Assembly (NCBI GenBank): GCA_963785725.1
Contig: CAWAWS010000015.1
Span: 288,001 to 352,000, forward strand
Direction: 5' to 3'
DNA: 64,000 nt
DNA from: an uncultured delta proteobacterium
Lineage (GTDB): Bacteria > Myxococcota_A > Polyangia > Palsa-1104
Below the pieces are notes generated by a model. That model did no database searches. It saw only the letters and a list, made by a program, of their open reading frames with translations, and was not told the origin of the DNA. The position numbers were made by a program, and so were the translations under genes. Below, piece after piece: positions 29,600 to 38,777 of this stretch (the stretch's first letter is position 1; each line of letters starts with the position of its first letter).

Positions 29600-30423
29600 G
29601 GATGCACCAGCTTGGCCAGCTGCTCGATGCCGTCGACGAGCCGCGGTCCCGGGCGAAACAGCAGATCGCCGTCGAGCGCGTGCAGGCGATGGTTGCGCAC
29701 CGCCGGCAGCGTCGTCTGCGTCTCCAGCGGCGACAGCGACGGCGCCTGCGCGTGCGAGCCGACGACGATGACCTCGGGCGCGCGCGCCAGCAGCCGCTCG
29801 AGGCTGTATTGCGGATAGGGCACGGGCGAGTCGCCGGCCACGTCGTCACCGCCGGCGACGCGGATGGCTTCGTCGACGAAGGTGTGGCCGCCGGCGACGG
29901 TGAGCGGCTCGGTCCAGACGACGACGAGCGTGCGCGGCCGCGGCTTGCCGGCGACCGCTTGGGCGACGGCGGCGAGGCGCGCGCGACCGTCGGCGACCAG
30001 CTTGGCGGCGGCGTCCGCTCGGCCGACGGCGGCGCCGACCGACGTCAGGTCGCGCCAGACGTCGTCGAGCGTCTCGACGTGGCTGACGACCACGCGTAAG
30101 CCGAGCTTCTGCAGCTGCTCGACGAGCTCGCGCGTGTTGGCCGACTCGGCCGCGAACACGACGTCGGGCCGCAGCGCTAGAATGCGCTCGACGCTCGGCG
30201 CCAGCTCGTTGCCGACGCGCGGCAACGTGCGCGCGGCCGGCGGATAGTCGCTGAACTGATCGACGCCGACGATGCGCTCGCCGGCGCCGAGCGCGAACAG
30301 GACCTCGGTCGTCGACGGCGCCAGCGAGACGATGCGGCGCACGGGCGCGTCGGCCGGCGCCGGCCGGCGTTCGTGATGGCAGCCGAGCAGCAAGATCGCG
30401 ACGAAAATCGGGACTGAGCGCAT
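29596..30423 (-). CDS. btuF: Cobalamin-binding lipoprotein
   Basis: LLG-C lipobox; RIVSLAPSTTEVLFALG, VGVDQFSDYP, RPGPRL; B12 context. Confidence 0.85.
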   Translation of the reverse strand: MRSVPIFVAILLLGCHHERRPAPADAPVRRIVSLAPSTTEVLFALGAGERIVGVDQFSDYPPAARTLPRVGNELAPSVERILALRPDVVFAAESANTRELVEQLQKLGLRVVVSHVETLDDVWRDLTSVGAAVGRADAAAKLVADGRARLAAVAQAVAGKPRPRTLVVVWTEPLTVAGGHTFVDEAIRVAGGDDVAGDSPVPYPQYSLERLLARAPEVIVVGSHAQAPSLSPLETQTTLPAVRNHRLHALDGDLLFRPGPRLVDGIEQLAKLVHP

Positions 30424-31449
30424 CACCAAGCACCCTCGGCGCCACGACGACGCAAGATGACGAGAAAGAGCGGGGCGCCGACGAGCGCGGTCAGCACGCC
30501 GACGGCGGGCTCGGTGCCGACGACGAGGAAGCCGAGCCGCGCCGCCGCGTCGGCGAGCACGAGGAAGGCCGCGCCGCCGAACAGCGCCGCCGGTAACAAG
30601 CAGGCGATGGTCGGCGCCGACGAGCCGGCGCAGCGCGTGCGGCACGACGATGCCGACGAAGCCGATCGGTCCGGCGAACGCGACCGCCGCCGCCGTCGCC
30701 AGCGACGCCGCCAGGAACACGATGCGACGGGCGCGGGCGACGTCGACGCCGACCGAGCGCGCCGCTTCGTCGCCGAGCGCCAGCACGTTCAAGTCGGCCG
30801 CCGTCAGCGCCAGCGCCGCCAAGGCCACCGCCAAGTAGACCGCGAGCACGCCGACGCGCGCGCCGTCGGCGACGCCGAGCGCGCCGACGAGCCAGCCGAG
30901 CGTCTCGGCGACGGCGTGCGGCGACATCCACGTGCGCAGGCCGAGGACGAGCGCGCCGGCGAGCGCGTTGACGACGACGCCGGCGAGCAGCGCCAGCTGC
31001 GGCACGAGCTGCCCGCGCGCCCGGCCGAACGCCAGCACCGCGCCGACGGCGACGAGCGCGCCGCCGAACGCCCACGCCGGTCGCGTCCACGCGCCGAGCG
31101 CGCCGGCGCCGCCGAAGAGCGCCGCCGCCGTGCCCGCGACCGCCGCGCCGCCCGAGACGCCGAGCACGTAAGGATCGGCCAGCGGGTTACGCAAGAGCGC
31201 CTGAAACGCCACGCCCGACGCCGACAGCGCGGCGCCGACGAGCGCGCCCAGCAACACGCGCGGCCCGCGCGCGCCAAAGAGGATGGCGGCATCGAGCGAC
31301 GCGCGGTCACCGAAGGCGCGCCCGAAGTCGACGCGCTCGACGCCGACGGCCAGCGACGCCGCGACCGCCAGCGCCGCCAACAGCGCCGACGTAAGCGTCA
31401 CCAGCACCACCCGTCGCGGCGTGGCGCGCGTCCTCGACCACGCGTGCAT
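30423..31449 (-). CDS. btuC: FecCD/BtuC-family permease (frameshift ~30597)
   Basis: LLRNPLADPYVLGVSGGA, LGDEAARSVGV, IGFVGIVVPH; C-terminus GVLTALVGAPLF in the next frame. Confidence 0.85.
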
Positions 31450-31473
31450 GCGCCATGGTACATATCACGCGCC

Positions 31474-32217
31474 ATGCGTACCTTCCTCGTCGCCGTGCAG
31501 CTGTTGACGCGGCTGCCCGTGCGGCTCGGGTCGGCGCCGTCGGAGCGCGAGCTCGGGTGGGCGGCGGCGTGGTTCCCGCTCGTCGGTGCCGGCGTGGGCG
31601 CGTGCGCGGCCGGCGCGTTCTGGCTGACGACCTGGGCGCACTTGCCGTCGCTGGCGGCGTGGGCGGCGCTGGGCGCGGCGGTCGTGGCCACGGGCGGCTT
31701 CCACGAGGACGGGCTGGCCGACTGCGCCGACGGCCTCTTCGGCGGTCACGATCCGGCGCGCCGCTTGGCCATCATGCGCGACTCGCGGCTCGGCAGCTAC
31801 GGCGTGCTGGCGCTGGTGTTGACGCTGGGCGCGCAAACGGCGGCGGTCGGCGCGCTGCCGCCGTCGCTGGCGCTGCGCACGATCGTGGCCGCGCACGCGC
31901 TCGGTCGCGCCGCGGCGCTGCCGTTGACCGCGCTGCCGTACGCCCGCGCCGAAGGCGGCCTCGGCAGCTCGCTGGCGCAAAAGGTGCCGCCGGCGGCGTT
32001 GGCCTTGGCGCTCACGACGGGCGCGTTGTCGCTGCTGCTCTTGCCGTGGCTTCCGGCGCTGTTGGCGGCGGGCGTCGCGGCCGTGGTCGTCTGCTTGGCC
32101 GCGCGGCGCTTTCGGCGCGACTTGGGCGGCGTCACCGGCGACGCGCTCGGCGCCGTCGTCAAGCTGACGGAATTCGCCACCTACGTCGTCGCCGCGGCCT
32201 GGGCAGCGCGGCCATGA
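31474..32217 (+). CDS. cobS: Adenosylcobinamide-GDP ribazoletransferase
   Basis: LLTRLP, TGGFHEDGLADCADG, IMRDSRLGSYG, GGVTGDALGA. Confidence 0.94.
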   Translation: MRTFLVAVQLLTRLPVRLGSAPSERELGWAAAWFPLVGAGVGACAAGAFWLTTWAHLPSLAAWAALGAAVVATGGFHEDGLADCADGLFGGHDPARRLAIMRDSRLGSYGVLALVLTLGAQTAAVGALPPSLALRTIVAAHALGRAAALPLTALPYARAEGGLGSSLAQKVPPAALALALTTGALSLLLLPWLPALLAAGVAAVVVCLAARRFRRDLGGVTGDALGAVVKLTEFATYVVAAAWAARP

Positions 32218-32756
32218 TCGAGCGTGTGTCGAGCAGCCGCTACATCGTCGTCACCGGTGGCGCGCGCTCGGGCAAGAGCCGTTTTGCCGAGGCGCGCGTC
32301 GCCGAGTTGGCGCCGGCCGGACCGTGGCTCTACCTCGCGACCGCCGAAGCCGGCGACGACGAGATGCGCGACCGAATCGCGCGGCATCGGCAGCGCCGCG
32401 GCCGATTGTGGCGCACCGTCGAAGCGTCGCGCGACGTGGCCGGCTCGCTCAGCGGCGACCTGGGCGGCGCCCAAGCCGTGCTCATCGACTGCGCGACCTT
32501 GTGGCTGTCGAACCGGCTGTTCGACGGGCTCGGCGACGACGCCATCCTCGCCGAAGCCGACGCCATCGCCGCCGCCGCCCGCGCCGCGCCGGTGCCGGTC
32601 CTCATCGTCACCAACGAAGTCGGCGCCGGCATCGTGCCCGACAACGCGCTGGCGCGCCGCTTTCGCGACCTCGCCGGCTTGGCCAATCAGCGGCTGGCCG
32701 CCGTCGCCGACGAGGTGGTCTTGGTCGCCTGCGGATTGCCGTTGCGGCTTCGCTGA
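32214..32756 (+). CDS. cobU: Adenosylcobinamide kinase/guanylyltransferase
   Basis: TGGARSGKS, YLATA, RIARHRQRR, IDCATLW, VTNEVGAG, FRDLAG. Confidence 0.95.
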   Translation: MIERVSSSRYIVVTGGARSGKSRFAEARVAELAPAGPWLYLATAEAGDDEMRDRIARHRQRRGRLWRTVEASRDVAGSLSGDLGGAQAVLIDCATLWLSNRLFDGLGDDAILAEADAIAAAARAAPVPVLIVTNEVGAGIVPDNALARRFRDLAGLANQRLAAVADEVVLVACGLPLRLR

Positions 32757-32814
32757 ATCGGCGCTTGACGCTGTCGCATATAGAAGCGTAAGAACAGCCT
32801 AAGTTATAGATAAC

Positions 32815-32980
32815 CGACAACCGAATAGCGCCTCGAAGGCAGGGAAGCCGGTCGCAAATCCGGCACGGTCCCGCCACTGTAGACGGTTCGCCGGCTCGAC
32901 AATGCCACTCGTCAGCGACGGGGAAGGCCGAGCTTGCCAGAGCGAGAGCGCTCTTGGCCGTGAGTCAGGAAACCTCCTTC
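32815..32980 (+). ncRNA. Cobalamin riboswitch
   Basis: AGGGAA-GCCGGT..AAATCCGGC, CCCGCCACTGT, GCCACT...GGGAAGG, AGTCAGGAAACC (B12 box) upstream of cbiX. Boundaries approximate. Confidence 0.92.
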
Positions 32981-33016
32981 GAGCGCGTCGCTTTCAGATT
33001 CTCCGGAGGAGAGAAG

Positions 33017-34228
33017 CTGAGCAATCCGTCGCCCATTGGTCTCGCCATCGTCGTCATCGGTCACGGCAGCCGCGAAGCGGCCGCCAACGTCGAGCTGCAG
33101 GCGCTCGTCGACGGCTGGGCCGCACGCCGCGCTCCCGGCGCCGACGTGACGCTCGGCTTCGTCGAGCTGGCGCAGCCGACGGTGGCCGACGCGCTCGCCG
33201 CCGCCGCGCGCACGCACACCGAAGTCGTGGCGTTGCCGCTGTTTCTGTTCACCGCCGGCCACGTCAAGAACGACCTGCCGTTGGCGCTCGCCGCCGCGCG
33301 CGCGCAATTTCCCGACGTCAAGCTGACGAGCACGCGGGCGCTCGGCGTGCAGCCGGCGCTGGCGGAGCTGTCGTGGGCGCGCGCGCTCGCCGTCGCGCCC
33401 GAGCTGGCCGACGCCGCGGCCGCCAAGAAGTCGGCGCTGCTCGTCGTCGGGCGCGGCTCGAGCGATCCCGACGCCAACGGCGACTTCGTCAAGCAGACGC
33501 GCCTCGTCGGCGAAGGGCGCGGGCTCGGCGTCGTCGAGCCCGCGTTCTTGGGCATCACGCAGCCGTCGGTCGACGAGGCGCTGGAGCGACTGGCGCGCGC
33601 GCGGCCCGAGCGCATCGTCGTCGCGCCCTATCTTTTGACAGCCGGGCGGCTCATCGAGAAGCTGCGCGGGCAGCTGGACGCGTTTCATGCGCGCTATCCG
33701 TGGATCGCGGTGGCGCTGGCGGCGCATCTCGGCGCCGACGCGCGCTTGGAGGCGCTGCTCGACCAGCGCGTCAACGAGGCGCGCTTCGGCGCCGAGCCGC
33801 TCGCGTGCGACGGCTGCCAATACCGCGCACCGCTGCCCGGCAAAGAGCGCAACGTCGGCGGCCTGCGCGCGCTCTTGTGGAGCCTGCGCCACACCTTCAC
33901 CCACGCCCAGGCGGCGCCGCACGTGCACGCGCACAAGCCGCTCCAGAAGCACGTGCTGGTTTGCGTCAACGCCGATTGCGCCGAGCGCGGCTCGGTCGGG
34001 CTCGTCGACGAATTGCGCCGCAAGCTGAAGGACGCGGGCCACAACCGCGAGATCAAGATTACGAAGACGTCGTGCATGGGCCGCTGCGGCGAAGGGCCGA
34101 CGGTGGTCGTCTATCCCGACGGAATCTGGTATCGCGGCGTCATCGCCGCCGATGCCGACGAGCTGGTGCAGGAGCATCTGCTGGGCGATCGGTTGCTCGC
34201 TCGGCTCGTCGACAACATCATGCAGTAA
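33017..34228 (+). CDS. cbiX: Sirohydrochlorin cobaltochelatase (two CbiX domains) fused to a thioredoxin-like 2Fe-2S ferredoxin
   Basis: GHGSR, AGHVKNDLP, GRGSSDPDAN, CDGC, His-rich linker, C-x4-C...CMGRC. GGAGGA RBS precedes CTG at 33017. Confidence 0.9.
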   Translation: MSNPSPIGLAIVVIGHGSREAAANVELQALVDGWAARRAPGADVTLGFVELAQPTVADALAAAARTHTEVVALPLFLFTAGHVKNDLPLALAAARAQFPDVKLTSTRALGVQPALAELSWARALAVAPELADAAAAKKSALLVVGRGSSDPDANGDFVKQTRLVGEGRGLGVVEPAFLGITQPSVDEALERLARARPERIVVAPYLLTAGRLIEKLRGQLDAFHARYPWIAVALAAHLGADARLEALLDQRVNEARFGAEPLACDGCQYRAPLPGKERNVGGLRALLWSLRHTFTHAQAAPHVHAHKPLQKHVLVCVNADCAERGSVGLVDELRRKLKDAGHNREIKITKTSCMGRCGEGPTVVVYPDGIWYRGVIAADADELVQEHLLGDRLLARLVDNIMQ

Positions 34229-34245
34229 GCGAGGAGACACGAAAA

Positions 34246-34626
34246 ATGGCTTGTCACGAAGTAGCGGCGCTGCGGCTCGGGCTCATGAACGTCCTCGGCA
34301 TCGTCGACGAGGCGGAGAAGCAGCACGAGCTGGCGGAGCTGGGCGCGGCGGCGACGCAGCCGGGGCCGATTCGCTCGTTGGCCAACGCGCGCGACTTGGG
34401 CGAGCTGCGCCGGCTGTACGAGACGTCGCTGGCGGGCCTGGGCGAGACGGTCGCCAAGACCGCCGCCGACGATCCGAAGCTGCCGTACCTGCGCTCGCTG
34501 CTCATCTTGACGAAGAAGGTCGAGCTCGAGCTGGCCAATCAGACGGAGATGATGAGCCGCTTTTATCGCGATCTCGAGGAGCTCCACGACTACGTGCACG
34601 AGATCTACCCGGCTCCGGGAGATTAG
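34246..34626 (+). CDS. DUF3209-family protein (B12-cluster associated)
   Basis: GAGGAG RBS; MACHEVAALRLGLMNVLG N-terminus. Confidence 0.8.
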   Translation: MACHEVAALRLGLMNVLGIVDEAEKQHELAELGAAATQPGPIRSLANARDLGELRRLYETSLAGLGETVAKTAADDPKLPYLRSLLILTKKVELELANQTEMMSRFYRDLEELHDYVHEIYPAPGD

Positions 34627-34630
34627 CGCG

Positions 34631-35338
34631 GTGGCGCAGCAGAAGACGGCGCGGATCGCGCATGTGCTCGACCTGTCGGAGACGACGCGCCTCGTCGAGC
34701 TGGAGCCCGAGGAGTCGCTCGACTTCGTCGGCGGGCAGTACATCATCATCAACTCCGGCATCGAGCTGCCCGACGGCAAGCTGGCCAAGCGGGCCTACTC
34801 GTTCGTGTCGGCCGATGCGCGCCAGGAGCGCCTGGTGCTGGCGGTCAAGCGCGTCGGGCCGGCGTCGAAGTGGATGCACGAGCGCTCGGTCGGCGACGAG
34901 GTGCCGTTTTCGGGGCCGTGGGGCAAGTGGCTGGCCGACGACGCGCGGCCGCGGCGCACGCTGGTCTTGGCCACCGACACCGGCATCACGGCGGCGCTGG
35001 GGCTGATTCGCGGGCGCGCCTTTGCGCCGCAGCTGACGACGGTGGAGCTGATGTGGCTCGTCGAGAGCGAGCGCTATTTCCTGCCCGACGCCTTCGTCCA
35101 GGCGGCGCTGCCGCAGGGCGTGTCCTATCGGCAGGAGCTCGTGCCCGCCGTCGGTCACGCCGATCGCGTGAGCGCGGCCGTCAATTGGGCGCGCGCGCTG
35201 GTCGCCGAAGCGGGCGTCTTCGAGAGCGTCTTTCTCGTCGGTGACGGCGCGGCCATCTATCCCGTGCGCGACGCGCTCGGCGCGAGCGAGGCCAAGCTCG
35301 AGTCGTTCTTCAACAACCCGGCCAAGAAGTCGGCATGA
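34631..35338 (+). CDS. FNR-like FAD/NAD(P)-binding oxidoreductase
   Basis: FVGGQY, KRAYS, GPASKWM, SGPWG, LATDTGIT. Confidence 0.82.
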   Translation: MAQQKTARIAHVLDLSETTRLVELEPEESLDFVGGQYIIINSGIELPDGKLAKRAYSFVSADARQERLVLAVKRVGPASKWMHERSVGDEVPFSGPWGKWLADDARPRRTLVLATDTGITAALGLIRGRAFAPQLTTVELMWLVESERYFLPDAFVQAALPQGVSYRQELVPAVGHADRVSAAVNWARALVAEAGVFESVFLVGDGAAIYPVRDALGASEAKLESFFNNPAKKSA

Positions 35339-35676
35339 TCGACGCGCTGCGGGCGGCACTGGCGGAGCCGGACGCGCGCGTCGTCGTGCGCACGCCGTCG
35401 GCGATCTGCGAGCTGCCAGGGCCGTTGCCGCTGCGCGCGGGCGACGAGTGGCTGACGGTCGGTCAGGAGGGCCAGCCGCACATCCATTTACGCGCCCTAG
35501 ACCTCCACGCGCTTGCCTTCGCCGCGCCCGATGACGGCAACGTCGCTCTCGAAGTCGTGGATGCGGCGGGTGCGCGCGTCGTGCGCGTGGCCTTCGCGCG
35601 CACCAACCCGGCCAAGGCCGAGTGCGATCACGCGCGCCGGGCGGTCGTCATCGCGCGGTACGGCGATGGAGCCTAA
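35335..35676 (+). CDS. Small hypothetical protein, possibly ChuX/HutX-like
   Basis: ATGA overlap; VVRTPSAICE...WLT...HIHL...ALEVVDAAG..VVRV pattern. Confidence 0.6.
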   Translation: MIDALRAALAEPDARVVVRTPSAICELPGPLPLRAGDEWLTVGQEGQPHIHLRALDLHALAFAAPDDGNVALEVVDAAGARVVRVAFARTNPAKAECDHARRAVVIARYGDGA

Positions 35677-35684
35677 GCCAGCCG

Positions 35685-36797
35685 ATGCAAAACCGGCCGC
35701 CGAAGGCGGAGCCGAAGGTGCGCGGCACCCGCACGGGGTTCACGACCGGCGCCTGCGCGGCGGCGGCGGCCAAGGCGGCGACGCGGCTGCTCGTGCGCGG
35801 CGAGCCGATGACGGCCATCGAGACGACGCTGCCCAATCGTGACCGCGTGACGTTCGCGCTCCATCGCTGCGAGCAGGCGGTCGTCGCCGGCGTGGCGCGC
35901 GCGACCTGCAGCATCATCAAAGACGCCGGCGACGATCCCGACTGCACCCACGGCGCCGAGCTCGTCGCCACCGTCGAGTTGCGCGTCGAGCCCGGCATCG
36001 AGCTGCGCGGCGGCGCCGGCGTGGCGACGGTGACCAAGCCCGGCCTCGGCCTCGACGTCGGCGGCCCGGCGATCAACCCGGTGCCGCGCCGCAACATCAG
36101 CGACATGGTGCAAGAAGAGCTGGTCGAGCGCGGCGGCGGCGCGGTCGTGACGGTGAGCGTGCCGGGCGGCGAAGAGATGGCGCTCAAAACGCTGAACGCG
36201 CGGCTCGGGCTCATCGGCGGCATCTCGATCTTGGGGACGACCGGCATCGTCAAGCCCTACTCGACGGCGGCTTACAAAGCCTCGGTGGTGCAGGCGATCG
36301 ACGTGGCGCACAAGCGCGGCATCACGGAGCTGGTGCTGACGACCGGCGGCAAGTCGGAGGCCTACGCCATGCAGCTGTACCCGCGCTTCGTCGAGGAGGC
36401 GTTCATCCAAGTGGGCGACTTCATCGGCACCGGCGTCAAACACTGCGCGCGCCGCGGAGTCGAGCGCGCCATCGTCGTCGGCATGATGGGCAAGCTGTCG
36501 AAGATGGCCAACGGCAAGATGCAGACGCACGCCGCCGGCTCGGAAGTAAACATGGGGTTACTTGCGGAGCTGGCGGCGGAGCTGGGCGCGCGCGACGAGG
36601 TCGTGGCCGAGATCCGCGCGGCCAACACGGCGCGACACGTGCTCGAGCTGTGTCAGCGCGAGGGTTTGACGGGCGTGACGACGCGGGTGTGCAAGCGCGT
36701 CGCCGAAAACTGCGCGGCGCACGCCGGCGGCCGCCTCGACGTGCACGCGCGCCTCGTCGACTTCAACGGAACGTTATTGGGGAGCTGGCCAGAATGA
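35685..36797 (+). CDS. cbiD: Cobalt-precorrin-5B C1-methyltransferase
   Basis: RTGFTTGACAAAAAKAA, KDAGDDPDCTHG, AINPVPR, GGISILGTTGIV. Confidence 0.95.
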   Translation: MQNRPPKAEPKVRGTRTGFTTGACAAAAAKAATRLLVRGEPMTAIETTLPNRDRVTFALHRCEQAVVAGVARATCSIIKDAGDDPDCTHGAELVATVELRVEPGIELRGGAGVATVTKPGLGLDVGGPAINPVPRRNISDMVQEELVERGGGAVVTVSVPGGEEMALKTLNARLGLIGGISILGTTGIVKPYSTAAYKASVVQAIDVAHKRGITELVLTTGGKSEAYAMQLYPRFVEEAFIQVGDFIGTGVKHCARRGVERAIVVGMMGKLSKMANGKMQTHAAGSEVNMGLLAELAAELGARDEVVAEIRAANTARHVLELCQREGLTGVTTRVCKRVAENCAAHAGGRLDVHARLVDFNGTLLGSWPE

Positions 36798-36895
36798 GCG
36801 AGCGTAGGCGAGCGAGAGTGAGCGTCCGGCCGGTAGGGCCAGCGGAAGCGGATCGATGGATTCGCTCATGGGGCACCAACCCGGTGCGCCCATGA
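36794..36895 (+). other. Junction mini-ORF element B (MSERRRARVSVRPVGPAEADRWIRSWGTNPVRP)
   Basis: ATGA overlaps with the cbiD stop and with the cbiC start; internal hairpin covers the cbiC ATG. Confidence 0.65.
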
Positions 36896-37554
36896 GCAAT
36901 CAGACGAACGACATGCGGCAGCTGACCGGGCTCGGGCGCAGCATCGAGGACTCGAGCTTCGGCATCATCGACGCCGAGGCGGGCGCGCACGACTTCGACG
37001 CGCGGCAGTGGCAGGTCGTCCGCCGCGTCATCCACGCCACCGCCGACTTCGAGTTCAAGACGCTGATGCAGCTGACGCCCGACGCCATCGAATCCGGCAT
37101 CCGCGCGCTCACGAGCGGCTGCCCCATCGTCTGCGACGTCAAAATGATCATCGCCGGCTTGAACGAGGAGCGCCTGGCCTCGTACGGCTGCCGGACCTAC
37201 TGCTTCATCAGCGACGAGGACGTCATCGCCGAGGCCAAGGCGCGCAATTCGACGCGCGCCATCGAGGCCATGAAGAAGGCGCACGCGCTCGGCCTCCTCG
37301 ACGGCGCCGTCGTCGCCGTCGGCAACGCGCCCACCGCGCTCATCGAGACGGCGCGGCTGGTCAAGGAGCTGGGCGCCAAGCCGGCGCTCATCATCGGCGT
37401 GCCGGTCGGGTTCGTCTCAGCGGCGGAGTCGAAGGAGATCGCGATCGGGACGCCGGCGCCGTCGATCGTCGCGCGCGGCCGCAAAGGCGGCTCGACGATC
37501 GCCGTCGCCATCATTCACGCGCTCCTGCTCTTGTCGACGGAAGCCAAAGCGTGA
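36892..37554 (+). CDS. cbiC: Cobalt-precorrin-8 methylmutase
   Basis: IEDSSFGII, RVIHATADF, VGNAPTAL, GVPVGFVSAAESK, GRKGGS. Confidence 0.95.
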   Translation: MSNQTNDMRQLTGLGRSIEDSSFGIIDAEAGAHDFDARQWQVVRRVIHATADFEFKTLMQLTPDAIESGIRALTSGCPIVCDVKMIIAGLNEERLASYGCRTYCFISDEDVIAEAKARNSTRAIEAMKKAHALGLLDGAVVAVGNAPTALIETARLVKELGAKPALIIGVPVGFVSAAESKEIAIGTPAPSIVARGRKGGSTIAVAIIHALLLLSTEAKA

Positions 37555-38777
37555 GACGGGCGCTGACGCTCATCGGCATCAACGACGACGGCTGCGCCGG
37601 CCTGACGGCGCGCGCGGTCAACGCCGTCGCGGCCGCGCAGGTGCTGGCCGGCGGTGAGCGTCAATTGGCGTTTTTCCCGCAGTTCGTCGGCCAGCGCATC
37701 GTCTTGCAAGCGGGCTTGACGGAGGCGATCGAGCGACTGTCGCAGCTCGCCGACGAGCACCAAGTGGTGGTCTTGGCCTCGGGCGATCCGCTCTTCTTCG
37801 GCATCGGCGCGCTCCTGGTGAAGAAGCTGGGCGCAGAGCACGTCGAGATCGTGCCGGCGCCGTCGAGCATGCAGCTGGCGTTCGCGCGCGCGGGCCTGAA
37901 GTGGGACGACGCCGCCTTTGTGTCGCTGCACGGCCGTTCGCGCGCGGGCTTGCTGACGAAATTGCGCCGCCTGTCGAAGGTGGCGCTGTTCACCGACGAA
38001 GAGAATTCGCCGCGCTGGGTGGCGTCGCAGCTGCTGGCGCACGAGCAGCTCGGCTGGCACGCCTGGGTGTGCGAGAACTTGGGCGGCACCGACGAGCGCG
38101 TGCGCCGTTTTACGATCGCGGAGCTGGCTGGCTGCGACGACATCGCGCCGCTCAACGTGCTCATCTTGCAGCGCAGCGATCCCGATTGGCGGCCGCCGCC
38201 GGCGATCTCGTTCCTGCATGAAGACGACTTCGCCAAGCGCATGCCGAAAAAAGGGCTGATTACGAAGCGTGAGGCGCGGCTGTTGTCGCTGGCGCTCATG
38301 CAGCTGCGCCCGTCGAGCGTCGTCTGGGACGTCGGCGCCGGCTCGGGCTCGGTGTCGATCGAAGCGGCGATGCTGGCGCGCGAAGGCAGCGTCTTCGCCG
38401 TCGAGATCGATCCCGAAGGCGTGGAGATTTGTCGCGAAAACGTGCGCGCGCATGGCGTCGACAACGTCCGCGTCGTCGCCGGCCGCGCGCCCGAGGCGTT
38501 GACCGAATTGCCCGATCCCGACGCCGTCTTCGTCGGCGGCAGCAAAGGCTCGATGGCCGAGATCATCGAGGTCGCGCTGGCGCGGCTCAAGCCGGGCGGG
38601 CGGCTCGTCGTCAACGCCATCACGATGGAGAACGTGGGCGAGACCTACAAGTGCCTGCGCGAGCGTGATCTGCAGCCGGAAGTCATCCTCTTGAACGTGT
38701 CGCGGGCCGAGCCGCTGGCGCGCTACATGCGTTACGAAGCGCAAAACCCGATTCACATTTTCGCGGTGAATAAGTGA
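37551..38777 (+). CDS. cbiET: Bifunctional CbiE/CbiT (CobL-like) methyltransferase-decarboxylase
   Basis: LASGDPLFFGIG, SLHGR, ITKREAR, WDVGAGSGSV, PDAVFVGGS. Confidence 0.93.
   Translation: MRRALTLIGINDDGCAGLTARAVNAVAAAQVLAGGERQLAFFPQFVGQRIVLQAGLTEAIERLSQLADEHQVVVLASGDPLFFGIGALLVKKLGAEHVEIVPAPSSMQLAFARAGLKWDDAAFVSLHGRSRAGLLTKLRRLSKVALFTDEENSPRWVASQLLAHEQLGWHAWVCENLGGTDERVRRFTIAELAGCDDIAPLNVLILQRSDPDWRPPPAISFLHEDDFAKRMPKKGLITKREARLLSLALMQLRPSSVVWDVGAGSGSVSIEAAMLAREGSVFAVEIDPEGVEICRENVRAHGVDNVRVVAGRAPEALTELPDPDAVFVGGSKGSMAEIIEVALARLKPGGRLVVNAITMENVGETYKCLRERDLQPEVILLNVSRAEPLARYMRYEAQNPIHIFAVNK

Noticed and set aside
29596..31449. Apparent BtuC-BtuF fusion
   Set aside because: Caused by a single-base indel near 30597; the permease C-terminus lies in another frame and btuF has its own ATG and lipobox.
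36856..36891. Longer cbiC start at 36856
   Set aside because: It lies inside the repeat element; CbiC-like sequence begins after ATG 36892.
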